The notes: generated from the sequence alone by a model not told the origin. Shown: positions 27,671 through 38,903, counted from the first letter of the stretch. The stretch: DNA of 64,000 nucleotides from an uncultured delta proteobacterium (GCA_963790475.1 CAWBOS010000012.1:1533876-1597875); one strand, 5' to 3'. Numbers and translations: made by a program.

Positions 27671-29614
27671 TTACTTTCTTTTCGTTTTCTTTTTGTGAAG
27701 ATAGGGCAACAATCCTCCGGCTAACAGGATTTCTATCTTCTCCCGTGGGACCAGGGCCTTGAGGATAATTTCAGTCTTTTTAGTTTTATTACGGGCCTTG
27801 ATTTCCTGTCCTTTCCGAAGGTTTATTTTTAGATTTTTAAATTCGAGCCGATCATCCTGGCCGATGAGATGGTAATCCCGCGGATTTTTAAAAACCAAAG
27901 GAACGATCCCATAATTGATCAAATTGCTTAAATGAATGCGGGCGAAGGATTTGACCAGCACGGCCTGAACTCCCAGAAACATCGGGGCCAGAACGGCATG
28001 TTCCCTGGATGAACCCTGTCCGTAATTTTCTCCCCCGACAATCACCCCGCCCTTGGCCTTCATTGCCCTTTCTGCAAAGGTAGGGTCCAGGCGGGAAAAG
28101 GTGTATCGGGAAATAGCGGGGATGTTCGACCGGAAGGGCAAAACCTCTGACCCACCAGGAAGGATATCGTCAGTAGAGATATGATCTCCGGTCTTAATTA
28201 AAACCGAGGCCGTAAAAGAATCAGGCAGGGGTTTTTTTGAGGGGATGGCCTTGATGTTGGGGCCCCGGATAATCTTTACCTGGTCTGGTTTTCTTGAGGG
28301 CGGCAGGATCAAAGGATCTGGCCAGGAAGTTTGAGGAGGATTGACTATAATCGGGACAGAGATTTTTATGCGCCGGGGATCAATCACTTCTCCTTTCAGA
28401 GCAATCAGGGCGGCGACCATCGGATTGCAAAGATAGACCCGGGCGGAAAGGGTCCCGCTCCGGCCTTTGAAATTCCGGTTATAGGTCCGGAAAGAGACTC
28501 CTCCATCAGGAGGGGCGCCTCCCATGCCGATACAGGGCCCACAGGCGGATTCGAGAATACGGGCCCCGGAAGCGATCATGAGCGACAGGTCTCCTTGCCC
28601 AGCCAGGGATTGAAGGACCTGACGTGATCCGGGGTTGATCAAGAGGCTGGTAAGGGAGTTTACGGTTTTTCCGCCGAGTATGGCCGCCACGGATTTTAAG
28701 GAGGCATAGGAAGAATTCGAGCAGCTGCCGATACATACCTGGTCCACTTTTAATCCGGTCAATTCTTTCAAAGGCACCACCTGGTCCGGGCTGAAGGGTT
28801 TGGCCACCAGTGGTTCCAGCGTTCCAAGATCTATTTCCATATTTTCATCGTAAAGCGCGTCCGGATCCGGAAGAATCTCCCGCCAATCTCTTGCCCGGCC
28901 TTGGGATTCGAGAAAAGAACGGGTGATTCCGTCACTGGGAAAAAGGGAAGAAGTGGCTCCCAGCTCGGCACCCAGATTGCAAATGGTGGCCCGCTCGGTT
29001 ACCGAAAGATCCTGGCAGCCCGGTCCATAAAACTCATTAACCCAACCCACTCCTCCGCGCACCGTCAGACGACGAAGCATTTCCAGGGCCACGTCCATGG
29101 CCGTTACCCAAGGGCGATTCAATCGACCGGTCAACCAAATCTTTCTCGTTCTGGGTTTAATCAGATTATAGGGGAAACCGGCCATGGCCGCGGCGATATC
29201 CAACCCCCCACAGCCCATAGCCAACATACCCAAGCCCCCTGCGGTTGGAGTGTGACTGTCCGAACCCAGCAAAATTTGGCCCGGTCTGGCAAAACGTTCC
29301 AAATGGATTTGATGACAAATGCCGTTTCCCGCCGGGGAGAAGTAGGCCCCGTATCGGGCAGCGGCAGTTTGAAGGTAGAGGTGGTCGTCCGGGTTTCGGG
29401 AATCGGCCTGTATGGTGTTGTGATCCACGTAGGAAACCGCCAGAGGGACCTGGATCCGGGATTGTCCGATGGCCTCGAACTGCAGATAGACCATGGTCCC
29501 TGTGGCATCCTGGGTCAGGACCTGGTCCACCTTCAACGGGATGGTTTCGGCGGGTGTTGGTTGCTTATCCCACAGATGTTGTTTAACAATTTTGTCGAAA
29601 AGATTCATTTTCAT
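27671..29614 (-). CDS. acn: Aconitate hydratase (short monomeric type)
   Basis: QDATGTM, YVDHN, GNGICHQ, GSDSHT, IGSCSN, CGPCIG, NRNFKGR, STDDI, NYGQGSSREHA. Confidence 0.96.
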   Translation of the reverse strand: MKMNLFDKIVKQHLWDKQPTPAETIPLKVDQVLTQDATGTMVYLQFEAIGQSRIQVPLAVSYVDHNTIQADSRNPDDHLYLQTAAARYGAYFSPAGNGICHQIHLERFARPGQILLGSDSHTPTAGGLGMLAMGCGGLDIAAAMAGFPYNLIKPRTRKIWLTGRLNRPWVTAMDVALEMLRRLTVRGGVGWVNEFYGPGCQDLSVTERATICNLGAELGATSSLFPSDGITRSFLESQGRARDWREILPDPDALYDENMEIDLGTLEPLVAKPFSPDQVVPLKELTGLKVDQVCIGSCSNSSYASLKSVAAILGGKTVNSLTSLLINPGSRQVLQSLAGQGDLSLMIASGARILESACGPCIGMGGAPPDGGVSFRTYNRNFKGRSGTLSARVYLCNPMVAALIALKGEVIDPRRIKISVPIIVNPPQTSWPDPLILPPSRKPDQVKIIRGPNIKAIPSKKPLPDSFTASVLIKTGDHISTDDILPGGSEVLPFRSNIPAISRYTFSRLDPTFAERAMKAKGGVIVGGENYGQGSSREHAVLAPMFLGVQAVLVKSFARIHLSNLINYGIVPLVFKNPRDYHLIGQDDRLEFKNLKINLRKGQEIKARNKTKKTEIILKALVPREKIEILLAGGLLPYLHKKKTKRK

Positions 29615-29719
29615 AACATATCCCCTCAGGTATTATCCGGAATTAAGCATCCGGTATTTCCTCATTCGCGCCGTCTATCGTCCCTTATCCCTTGGGCCGC
29701 GTGCCTCCCGTATCCTCCC

Positions 29720-31525
29720 TCACTCATCACCCGTCGGCAACAACACCGTCATCGTCGTTCCCTGTTCCGAGGACTCCACCTGGATGTCTCCATTGTGGTC
29801 CTTGATAAGTTTGTAAGAGACCGCCAAGCCGAGGCCGGTTCCTTTCTTTTTGGTGGTGACAAAAGGACGAAACAGGTTTTCTTTAATCTTGCTGTCTATA
29901 CCCCTTCCGGTATCCGAGAACCGAATCAGAACGGATTCCCCTTCCTTTTCCGTTACCAGGGTTAAGGTGCCCCCTTCCGGCATGGCCTCGACCGCATTCT
30001 TGGTCAAGTTGATGAAGACCTGTTTGATTTGTTGGGGGTCAAAGGAAAATTCCGGCAGGTCAGGGGCTAGACGGGTTTTAATTTCAATCTGCTTTTCAGC
30101 GAACAAAGGGCTGAAGAGTCGAATCAGATCTGATAAAATCGGATCGATTCGGGATTTACTTTTGCAGGGGGTTGTGGGACGGGAAAAGTCCCGGACATCC
30201 ACAAGAATTTTTTCCAATCGACTGATTTCACCGGTGATCAAATCGAGCTTCTCTTTTTCCTTTTCCCCAAGCGTCGGAGATCGTTTGATCTGTTGGGCCA
30301 GTCCGCCGATGGCAATTAAAGGATTTTTGATTTCATGCGAGACATGAGTGGCCATGGATCCCACCGCGGCCAGCCGTTCGGATTGTATCAATTTTTGTTG
30401 TGATTTTTTGAGTTCTTCTGTTTTCTTATTGATCTCGATTTCTAAGGCTCCGGACCAGCGATTGGCAATGAATACCCAAAGCCCCGTCCCGATGATTATA
30501 AGAAGTTGAAAGATTCCAATGAGAATAGCTTGTTGAAAGTTGAGGCTGTGAACTATTCCTGAGACTTCTTCGATGGGGGCTACCATGGCAACCGACCAGA
30601 ATTCGGAAGCCAAAATGGACTGAGCAGGCAAGCTTCGATCCGGTGTTTTATAAAATGGGATGGGAGTATAGGCGACCAACTTTTCAGTGGCGGTCCTTCG
30701 TGAACGATGCCAGCCGAGGATATAAGTGGAAGTTCCTTCCTTTTTTTTCAGGAGTTCATCCCGAACGAGGTCATTGATTTTTTTGATGGATAATTGAGGG
30801 CTGGTGGTCTTCAGAACCCAAAAAATACTTTTGCCGATAAATTTTTTTTCCGGATGATCCAGAAGGATACCCTCTGGATTAATGATCCAGGCATAGCCCG
30901 TACTTCCGGAAACCACCCCCCGGGTGGCCCTTTGGGCAATAGCTGAGGCATCGATTATAAAAAAAATGGCCCCCATAAATCGGTTTTCGTCCGGCCCCTT
31001 TTCTTGGAGGGCAACCCCCAGGGGCAGGACACACTTCCCTTCCCAAACAGAGGTGTTCCCCATCCAGACCTGGTTGAGAGCCGATTCCCCTTTCCGATCA
31101 TGATCAAGGGATCGGGGTTCAGGCAGATGGATGGAGGAAGGTTGCCAATGCCTATCCAGGGTTTTGGTTACCGCCTTTCCTTGTTTATCCAGGATTAAGA
31201 TGGCCAGGACATCGCCTGACAACAGGTCCTGGTATCGGGAAAGTATCCCTTCGGCTTTGGCAAGAAAGGGAAGCCCTTCTAGTTCCCCAACCTTCCTCAA
31301 TTCCAACAAAGTGGTTTCCAAATGGGATATCTGGTTTTGTATTTGGTCGGAAATCTTTCTGGCCAGGATAAGCTGCTGGTCATTAAACTGCCGAGTTATG
31401 ACTTTATGGATTTTTTTTGAAGTGGAATATCCGACAAATCCGATCAACAAGGTCAATAGTAGTGCCAGGGCAAACACCGCCGGCAAGGATTTTTTTAATA
31501 ACCTGGGGAAGGAGATTTTTTTCAT
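29720..31525 (-). CDS. Cache-domain sensor histidine kinase
   Basis: Two TM helices flanking a periplasmic domain (TGYAWIIN..HP), SHEIKNPL, NLTKNAVEAM, GTGLGL; ATG overlaps the lptG stop (ATGA). Confidence 0.9.
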   Translation of the reverse strand: MKKISFPRLLKKSLPAVFALALLLTLLIGFVGYSTSKKIHKVITRQFNDQQLILARKISDQIQNQISHLETTLLELRKVGELEGLPFLAKAEGILSRYQDLLSGDVLAILILDKQGKAVTKTLDRHWQPSSIHLPEPRSLDHDRKGESALNQVWMGNTSVWEGKCVLPLGVALQEKGPDENRFMGAIFFIIDASAIAQRATRGVVSGSTGYAWIINPEGILLDHPEKKFIGKSIFWVLKTTSPQLSIKKINDLVRDELLKKKEGTSTYILGWHRSRRTATEKLVAYTPIPFYKTPDRSLPAQSILASEFWSVAMVAPIEEVSGIVHSLNFQQAILIGIFQLLIIIGTGLWVFIANRWSGALEIEINKKTEELKKSQQKLIQSERLAAVGSMATHVSHEIKNPLIAIGGLAQQIKRSPTLGEKEKEKLDLITGEISRLEKILVDVRDFSRPTTPCKSKSRIDPILSDLIRLFSPLFAEKQIEIKTRLAPDLPEFSFDPQQIKQVFINLTKNAVEAMPEGGTLTLVTEKEGESVLIRFSDTGRGIDSKIKENLFRPFVTTKKKGTGLGLAVSYKLIKDHNGDIQVESSEQGTTMTVLLPTGDE

Positions 31526-32601
31526 TGTCGAATATTCAGCAGCAGGTAACTGCCGATAAATAAAAACAGGATATTGGAAGACCAGGCGGCCCAAAGGGGA
31601 GGAAATATCCCGTTGAGTCCCAGGGAGCGGGAAAAAGCAAAGACGATCCAGTAAATAAAGGCCACCAATAAACTGCCGACAATCCCTTGAGCGATTCCGA
31701 TGCCTTTCTCTTTGCGCAGGGCCAAAGAAATCCCAAAAAGGGCCATGATCAAACAGACGACCGGGAAGGACAGACGGACATGTTTTTCCACAATATAGCG
31801 GGTGGCATCATAACCTTCCCGTTGAATCTTCCGGATGTTGGCTTTAAGTTCCGGATAGGTCATCTCTTCACTGCTTTTTTCCTGGTATCGGAAATCTTCC
31901 GGGGATTCCGGCAGGCGGATGGTTTTTTCAGTGAAAGGCTCGCTGGAATAAGAACCGTCAGGCTGAAAGAATTGGGAGAGGCCATTTCTGAAAATCCAGA
32001 CCCCGTTTTTCCAATTTACGTTTTCAGCATCAACCCGGGACCGGAGATTGAATCCGGAATCAAAGAAATAGAGGGTTGATCCTTCCGCCGACTGATCTTT
32101 AAAATTAAAGTTATGAAAGGAATAAATGGCTTGATCCCCCTTATACCAGATTTTTTCCTGGAGCAGGACGGCCCGAGGTTCTATTTTTTTAACCTGATAA
32201 TTCCAGATGGCCTGGGCCCGGCCCTGGCTGAAAGGAACCACTACTTCCCCGAGAATCAAAAGAAAAATAGTGGAGGCTGAAGCAAGCAAAATAATCGGGA
32301 AAGACAGGCGAACCATATTGATTCCGCTGGATTTAAAGGCGATGAGTTGATTATTTTTGGAAAAAAATCCAAAAGTGAGTTGAGTACCCATCAGAATGGC
32401 CAACGGGATCATTTGTTTGATAACCATGGGGAGGGTGTAGATAAAATGCCGGACAATAAAATGGGGGGCCACCCCGGCTTCATTGAAATCATGAAGTTTT
32501 TCCATGACGTCCACCAGCACGAAAATAAAAACAAAGATCCCCAGGCAAAGTAGGGTCACTTTCAAGAATTCCTTGGATATATAATGACTGATAATTCGCA
32601 C
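31522..32601 (-). CDS. lptG: LPS export ABC transporter permease
   Basis: LptF/G topology, NQLIAFKSSGI, periplasmic beta region, PPLWAAWSSN. Confidence 0.9.
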   Translation of the reverse strand: MRIISHYISKEFLKVTLLCLGIFVFIFVLVDVMEKLHDFNEAGVAPHFIVRHFIYTLPMVIKQMIPLAILMGTQLTFGFFSKNNQLIAFKSSGINMVRLSFPIILLASASTIFLLILGEVVVPFSQGRAQAIWNYQVKKIEPRAVLLQEKIWYKGDQAIYSFHNFNFKDQSAEGSTLYFFDSGFNLRSRVDAENVNWKNGVWIFRNGLSQFFQPDGSYSSEPFTEKTIRLPESPEDFRYQEKSSEEMTYPELKANIRKIQREGYDATRYIVEKHVRLSFPVVCLIMALFGISLALRKEKGIGIAQGIVGSLLVAFIYWIVFAFSRSLGLNGIFPPLWAAWSSNILFLFIGSYLLLNIRQ

Positions 32602-32903
32602 GACAAAATACTAACTAAGGTTGGCAAGTTTGTAAATAAAAATAGCAAAGCAAGAAAGGGGTTTAATTATTTATTAAAACTTGTTAAAAAGAAAAGGAAC
32701 AGTAAAGGTTTTGATATCTGGGCCTAAAGTCCGTTCCTTATATTATAGCTCAGTCCCGCCGGGCGGGATTGCCTGACAATAGATTGAAATCAATAGATGT
32801 CGGCCCCGCCTAGGCGAGGCTGACCGATTAACTGAGAAATTCATAACATCAGGATTCTTGTAAGAGACTCGTCTGGTATATAACCAGAAGATCAGAGGCT
32901 ACC

Positions 32904-33947
32904 ATGACCATACGAGAAACCATCGAACAAAGAGAGAAACTGATCCTGTCCCCTTGGGCCGCTTTGAGTTCCGAAAGCCGGGGAAGACAGATTCCGGAAG
33001 AAGAATGCTCGATTCGAACCGTCTTTCAAAGGGACCGGGATCGGATCATCCATTCCAAGGCCTTCCGCCGCTTGAAACATAAGACCCAGGTATTTTTGTC
33101 TCCCACCGGGGATCATTACCGGACCCGACTGACCCATACCCTGGAGGTCTCTCAAATCGCCCGGACTATTGCCCGGGCTCTGGGGCTGAATGAGGATCTC
33201 ACCGAAGCCGTGGCCCTGGGTCATGATTTAGGCCATACCCCTTTCGGTCATGCCGGGGAAGAAGTTCTGGATCAGATTGTTCCCGGTGGTTTTGTTCATA
33301 ATCTGCAAAGTCTCCGGGTAGTGGATCATTTAGAAAAGGGCGGAAAAGGCCTGAATCTGACCTTGGAGGTAAGAGACGGTATCGAAAAACATTCCAAAGG
33401 AAAAGGGGAAATCCTTCCCCAAGACCCGTCCGAAAAGGCCATGACTCTGGAAGGACAGGTGGTCCGGGCGGCCGATATCATTGCCTATATCAGTCATGAC
33501 CTGGATGATGCCATCCGTGGTGAAGTGATTTCCTCCCAGGATGTTCCGGCTTTTTGTTTAAGGGTCTTAGGGGATAGGAGTTCGAAACGGATCGATACTA
33601 TGGTCCGGAATCTGGTTGTCAACAGTTTAAATGGTCCATCGGGGGGGCTTTCGATCGGGGAGGAGGTCTTGCAGGCCATGTTGGAATTGCGGGAATTCCT
33701 TTATGCCCGGGTCTATGACCTGGGCCGGATCCATGATGATTTTATTAAGGCTAGAAAAGTGATCAGTGAACTGTACCAGATTTTTCTTGAGGATCCCAAA
33801 CTTCTGGATGCCTATCTGGGTTCATCGGAAAGCCATCTGAAAGCGGATCCGCAGAAGATAACCGATTTCATTGCCGGCATGACCGACCGTTATGCCCTAA
33901 ACGTCTATGAAAAGGTATTTCTTCCTAAACCCTGGGCGGTGTTATAG
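32904..33947 (+). CDS. dgt: Deoxyguanosinetriphosphate triphosphohydrolase
   Basis: [57 protein letters not shown]. Confidence 0.96.
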   Translation: MTIRETIEQREKLILSPWAALSSESRGRQIPEEECSIRTVFQRDRDRIIHSKAFRRLKHKTQVFLSPTGDHYRTRLTHTLEVSQIARTIARALGLNEDLTEAVALGHDLGHTPFGHAGEEVLDQIVPGGFVHNLQSLRVVDHLEKGGKGLNLTLEVRDGIEKHSKGKGEILPQDPSEKAMTLEGQVVRAADIIAYISHDLDDAIRGEVISSQDVPAFCLRVLGDRSSKRIDTMVRNLVVNSLNGPSGGLSIGEEVLQAMLELREFLYARVYDLGRIHDDFIKARKVISELYQIFLEDPKLLDAYLGSSESHLKADPQKITDFIAGMTDRYALNVYEKVFLPKPWAVL

Positions 33948-34056
33948 ACCGGAGCAAATCCCTTTGAATTGAATTTATCCGTTCGTCATGGTTTAAGTAT
34001 TTAATTTTAATTTGGCTTTATAAAAAATGAGAATCCAAAAACCGAAAGGCTGATTT

Positions 34057-35082
34057 ATGAAGCGATCCGGCAGACCCGGACAACCCATGACTAATACTAT
34101 CGATCTACACGCCCACATTCATGTTCCCGAGGCCGAGACCTTGATCAGAGAACACCCCAGGAGGAATCGGGTGGAGGCAATGGCCCGCCAAGCCCTGGGA
34201 GACCTTTCCTATCGCTATAACAACGAACAGGCGGAGAAAAACCTGTCCAAGTCCACGGATATTGGTCTGAGACTTAAAGACATGGACCTTATGGGAGTGG
34301 ATATCCAGGCAATCAGTCCTTCGCCGGCCCAATATTACCTCTGGGCGGAGCCGGATTTGGCTTCCACCCTGGTCCAAATTCAGAATGAACGAATTGCCCA
34401 AGTATGCGCAGCCTATCCCGATCGTTTTATCGGGCTCGGGGCTGCAGCCCTTCAGCATCCGGAACTGGCCGTTTCCCAACTCGACAGGTGTATGAATACC
34501 TCCCAGATGAAGGGTGTAGAAATAGCGAGCGCCTATCTGGGCCGGGATCTATCGAATAAGGATTTCGAACCTTTCTGGGAACTGGCGGAAAAACTTGGGG
34601 CGGTGATCCTCATTCATCCTTTTGGCTCGACCTTGGGAGAACGCACCCGGCCTTTCTATCTTTCCAATATCATCGGCATGCCCATTGACACAACCCTCGC
34701 TCTTTCTCACCTCATCTTCGGTGGCGTGTTCGACCGTTATCCTCATCTTAAGGTTTGTGCCGTTCATGGAGGGGGTTACTTCCCGGCATACATAGGGCGT
34801 TTTGACCACGGCTACCGCATGAGACCGGAGTCCCGGACCATGAGGCACCCGCCCAGTGAATATCTACGGCAGATATATTTCGATACGGTTGTCTTTCGCC
34901 CTGATATTCTTCGGGGTCTGATTGACAGGGCCGGCAACGAACAGGTGGTAGTGGGAACCGACTATCCTTTCGACATGGGGGATTATGACCTCGACGCTCT
35001 GCTGGGAAGTGTCCCGGGTCTTGATGCCAAAGGGGTGAAGGCCATTCGTAGTGGAAATGCCCGAAAATTGCTTAACTTGTAA
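34057..35082 (+). CDS. Amidohydrolase_2 family protein (ACMSD-like decarboxylase/hydrolase)
   Basis: IDLHAH, LIHP, HGGG, YFDT, GTDYPFDM. Confidence 0.9.
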   Translation: MKRSGRPGQPMTNTIDLHAHIHVPEAETLIREHPRRNRVEAMARQALGDLSYRYNNEQAEKNLSKSTDIGLRLKDMDLMGVDIQAISPSPAQYYLWAEPDLASTLVQIQNERIAQVCAAYPDRFIGLGAAALQHPELAVSQLDRCMNTSQMKGVEIASAYLGRDLSNKDFEPFWELAEKLGAVILIHPFGSTLGERTRPFYLSNIIGMPIDTTLALSHLIFGGVFDRYPHLKVCAVHGGGYFPAYIGRFDHGYRMRPESRTMRHPPSEYLRQIYFDTVVFRPDILRGLIDRAGNEQVVVGTDYPFDMGDYDLDALLGSVPGLDAKGVKAIRSGNARKLLNL

Positions 35083-35225
35083 ACCGCATTGATCGGGAAC
35101 AGGAAAGGTTGGCGCCCAGAGCGAATTATTCTTGGAGGCCGATTGGCTAGACCGTCAAACAAGGTTCACCATAGGAGCTGTAAATAGGAGATAGGGGCCT
35201 TAATAATCAAGAGAGACGGGGAACC

Positions 35226-35696
35226 TTAAATTCCCGACTTCATGAAATCCTTTCTGATCAGTTCGACAATTTTATCGACCAGCTCGTTCATGAATTCAGG
35301 ATGGTCTTTGGCGATTTTATCAATAATGGTTTCCAAAGTCCCCATGTCCAATGACCCGAAAAAATCACTGAGAAAGACAACCTGCCCTCGAAGGGTTTTA
35401 TTGACCGCCTTGGATGCCGGAGCCGGATGAAGGCTGTTCAAAGCCTCGGTCAAGAGTAAAGGATCTTTTGAAAGCATCTCATCAACCAAACCATATAAAA
35501 GATCCGGATTTTTTTGGATCAAACGATTCAGTCGAGGGCTGATAACGTTGTTGATCACCCCGATCATTATCGGATCAGAAAACCAGACGCTGCCCACCAG
35601 GATAAAGATGACTATCAGGAAAAGGATCAGAATCGTGTTTACCCAAACCAACCATTTCTGATAGGAGGGTTTCCTATCGCTATGGGCATCGTTCAT
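35226..35696 (-). CDS. Hypothetical membrane-anchored helical protein
   Basis: RBS AAGGA, single N-terminal TM helix, starts about 20 bp after the oxidoreductase stop. Confidence 0.7.
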   Translation of the reverse strand: MNDAHSDRKPSYQKWLVWVNTILILFLIVIFILVGSVWFSDPIMIGVINNVISPRLNRLIQKNPDLLYGLVDEMLSKDPLLLTEALNSLHPAPASKAVNKTLRGQVVFLSDFFGSLDMGTLETIIDKIAKDHPEFMNELVDKIVELIRKDFMKSGI

Positions 35697-35718
35697 GGTC
35701 TATCCTTTTCATCCGGCC

Positions 35719-37653
35719 TCAAATCTCCAGTCCGATTTTAAGTCCATCGCTGATGGATTCATACAGCCCTCCCACCTGCCGGCATTGTCCGACGGCATGT
35801 ACTTTATTTTTTAGACTGCCCGGATCTCGCAGAAGTTCATCATTGGGTTCGCTGCCCAAGGAAAGGACGATGGTATCCACATTTTCGATGCGGCTTTGCT
35901 CGCTGCCCATGGTAACGATAACGGTTTTGCCTTTAATTGATTCGATTCGTGTTCTGGTGCTTAAGACGACTTTTTTTTGATTTAATCGATAAAACAAATG
36001 ATAGCCGGTTACCTTTTCCAGGTCCTGGCCCGCTTTATATTGGGGAACGAGAACTTCCACACTTTTCCCCTGATCGGCTAAAAACTCGGCTGTGCCCAAT
36101 CCCTCCATACCGCCATCGGCGGCGACAACGATTACTCTCTTCCCTGTTTCCGCTTTTCCCAGCAAAACGTCTCGGCCCTGGACCACCTGGCCGCTTCCCG
36201 CTCCGGGAATAGTCATCCCCTTGGGGCGACCTCCGGAGGCCCATATAATTTCATCCGGATTTTCTCTTCCGATCGTCTCCTTGGTGACAGTTGTTCCCAA
36301 ATGTACCAGGACACCAAGTCGTTTCAATTGATTTTGATAATACTCTACGGGCTTTTTCATTTCCGCCCGGTTCGTGGTTTTGGAGGCGACCATTAGCTGC
36401 CCGCCAAGATAGGCCTCTTTTTCGTATAAGGTGACCGTATGTCCCCGTTCAGCGGCGACGCGGGCCGCCTCCATCCCCGCGGCCCCCCCGCCGATGACCA
36501 GGATGCGTTTCTTTTTTACAGCCGGAGTAATTTTATATTTTTCTTCCCGGCCAACGGAAGGATTTAAACCGCAGGAAATACCTTCCGGATGTACGGTGCG
36601 AGACCAACAGGTCATCAGGCCTATACAGGGGCGAATCTCCCCCAAGCGGCCTTCTTTGGCCTTATTGGCCAGTTCGGGGTCAGCCATATTGGCCCGGGTC
36701 ATGCCGACCATATCGGCGCGCTTTTGGGTGACGATCTCTTCGGCCATAGCCGGATCCACTATCCGGCCGATACAGAACACCGGGACCTTGACCTCTTCTT
36801 TGATGCCCTCGGCCAGATAGACATAGGCCCCATGAGGTGTGCCCATGGGGGCGATCACATTGGCCCCGCCCAGGCTGACATTGACGTAATCAAGGTTTCC
36901 TGAGACCACCAGCCTCGGGGTGATCCGTTTCATGTCGGAAAGGGTAAGCCCTCCCGGAGTCAGTTCATCCCCGGTGATGCGGATACCGACCGTAAAGTCG
37001 TCCCCTACCTCCCGGCGGACGGCTTTAATCACTTCCATAGGGAAACGGATGCGATTTTCCTCGGGACCCCCATATTCATCGGTTCGAATGTTGTGCAGAG
37101 GGGACATGAATTGGAGAGGCAGATATCCATGGGCACAATGTATTTCAACCCCATCGAGGCCTGCCTTTCGCATTCTCACGGCGCTTTCGGCATAACTGCG
37201 AACTAGGTCGTGGATTTCCTCAACCTTCAAGGCCCGGGGTCTTCCGCCGTAGGCCAGGCTGGGAATAGCGGAAGAAGAGACTACTTCCTTGACGCTATAA
37301 ACCAATGTGGACTTGCCCGGATGCCAGATCTGGGCAATGATCTTGGCCTCGACCCGGTGAATTTCGTCGACCACGGGCTTGAAGGCGTCCACCACCCCGT
37401 CCCGGTAACATTGAATCATGGACGGTCCTATACCGGCTGTGGGATGGACAGGCTGGACTTCAGTAATTATAAGGCCCATTCCTCCTCTGGCCTTGGAGCC
37501 CCAGTAGTCTTTGTGCCGTCCGGATGGCAGGCCTCGTTCGCCGAATCCGGTGAAATGGGCGGTGCTCAGAATACGGTTTCTGACCGTAAAGGTCCCGATT
37601 CGAAGAGGAGTGAAAAGGTTAGGGAAATAGGGACCCTCGCTGTCGGAGGCCAT
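35719..37653 (-). CDS. NADH:flavin oxidoreductase (OYE-like + 4Fe-4S + FAD domain; FadH/enoate reductase-like)
   Basis: DGVEIHCAHGYL, RTDEYGG..ENRIRF, RPCIG..C..C, GGGAAGMEAA; ATG 37653 with AGGAG RBS. Confidence 0.92.
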   Translation of the reverse strand: MASDSEGPYFPNLFTPLRIGTFTVRNRILSTAHFTGFGERGLPSGRHKDYWGSKARGGMGLIITEVQPVHPTAGIGPSMIQCYRDGVVDAFKPVVDEIHRVEAKIIAQIWHPGKSTLVYSVKEVVSSSAIPSLAYGGRPRALKVEEIHDLVRSYAESAVRMRKAGLDGVEIHCAHGYLPLQFMSPLHNIRTDEYGGPEENRIRFPMEVIKAVRREVGDDFTVGIRITGDELTPGGLTLSDMKRITPRLVVSGNLDYVNVSLGGANVIAPMGTPHGAYVYLAEGIKEEVKVPVFCIGRIVDPAMAEEIVTQKRADMVGMTRANMADPELANKAKEGRLGEIRPCIGLMTCWSRTVHPEGISCGLNPSVGREEKYKITPAVKKKRILVIGGGAAGMEAARVAAERGHTVTLYEKEAYLGGQLMVASKTTNRAEMKKPVEYYQNQLKRLGVLVHLGTTVTKETIGRENPDEIIWASGGRPKGMTIPGAGSGQVVQGRDVLLGKAETGKRVIVVAADGGMEGLGTAEFLADQGKSVEVLVPQYKAGQDLEKVTGYHLFYRLNQKKVVLSTRTRIESIKGKTVIVTMGSEQSRIENVDTIVLSLGSEPNDELLRDPGSLKNKVHAVGQCRQVGGLYESISDGLKIGLEI

Positions 37654-37699
37654 AACTCCTTCAGCCTGTTTTTGAGCGCCTTCGCTGGTTCCGAAGGGC

Positions 37700-38270
37700 A
37701 GTCCCAGTTTCTTCCAGCCGGTAGAAGACCCCGGCACCGAACCCGATTTAAAAATCCGGGTTTGCCCGATACCCGGTGTAAACGAGGCCGCCGTACATCA
37801 ACGAATCGCCAAAGTTCGCTCCGTTCTCCCGGCATACTGGCCGATTGGGCCGCCGCCCAGGCTCCATTGGTCGTTCAAGCGGTATTTAAACCATAGGCCG
37901 AGGCCCAGCCGATTGATTTGATTCCAGGGATTCGAAACGGCAAACCCGCCTGCATTCGAGAAATTATATTCCTCGCGGTCATAGCTCAGGCTTAGGCCAA
38001 GCCAGTTTCTATCGCTCAGGGGCGCAGCACCGCCAACCCTGACTCCGTAATGGGCGATCGATACCTCGCCCCACCGTCCAGGCCGGACTTGAACTGATAG
38101 GAGGATGAGGCCGAGGCTGAGAAGCGGGCGTTTTCCTCGATGGTCAAAGGGCGCCCCGTCTGCCCTAAGAGGTTCGCGGGCATTAGCAGGAGAAAGGTGA
38201 GGAGTGTCCATCCCGCTGGTCTGGCGATCCCTCTTCTCTTGGCCTGGGGGTGTGTCTCCGATTCATACAT
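37700..38270 (-). pseudogene. Truncated outer-membrane beta-barrel-like gene (DUF6268-like) remnant
   Basis: Signal peptide followed by beta-strand-rich segments spread over three frames (two G-run slips), in-frame TAA at 37748-37750, and an abrupt end after GVFYRLEET just upstream of the oxidoreductase RBS. Confidence 0.65.
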
Positions 38271-38597
38271 TCGTCGAATCTCCTTATGAGCTATAGTCAA
38301 ACCAGTTTCCTGTAAATATTGAAAAGCAGTTTATCGGAAAGGTTACCCCATTTTTGTGAGAGAAAATATAGGGAGAAGGGTCTCATATGTCAAGGCAATA
38401 TTCATTCCTGCTCTTTTCACTTTTAGATAATGGGGAAGGGGGGCAAACCACCAATTGAATCATAATTAAATGTTACCAAGAGGATAGTAGGAGAGAACCA
38501 CATAATCGTATTGACATAATAAGTTAAAATGATATATGATCCCGAAAAATCATCTGAAAGAATCATTGAGGCCATTAATCTTTTAAAGGTTATGCCG

Positions 38598-38879
38598 ATG
38601 GAAAAATTTGAAGAAAAGATAATCGATTTGGTGGATATCGTTTCCGAACCTGATCCGGACCTGCAAAAGAAACCTAATTCAACCCCAGAGGCAGCTCCAA
38701 CGCCGGATTCTTTAACAGAAATTGAAACCGGGAAACTGGAATCCCTGGTCCGAAAGGAAGTGGAAAGGATCATAAAATCAACGATCAATGAAAATATCCA
38801 AAAGATGATCCGGGAGATCCTGGTTCAGGAAGTAGAAAAAGCAATAGCCCGGGAGATGGAAAACCTAAAACGAGTTTAA
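38598..38879 (+). CDS. Hypothetical protein with a PopZ/RomR-like C-terminal helical domain
   Basis: IIDLVDIV motif, Pro/acidic linker, C-terminal LESLVRKEVERII...KAIAREMENLK; upstream of valS. Start uncertain (38529/38592/38598). Confidence 0.7.
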   Translation: MEKFEEKIIDLVDIVSEPDPDLQKKPNSTPEAAPTPDSLTEIETGKLESLVRKEVERIIKSTINENIQKMIREILVQEVEKAIAREMENLKRV

Positions 38880-38903
38880 AGACTGCTAATAATAATTTAA
38901 TCA

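Noticed and set aside
28901-29965. 354-aa plus-strand ORF, and similar shadows at 3862-4623, 39122-39913 and 50901-51542
   Set aside because: They overlap well-supported genes on the opposite strand and have no motifs of their own.
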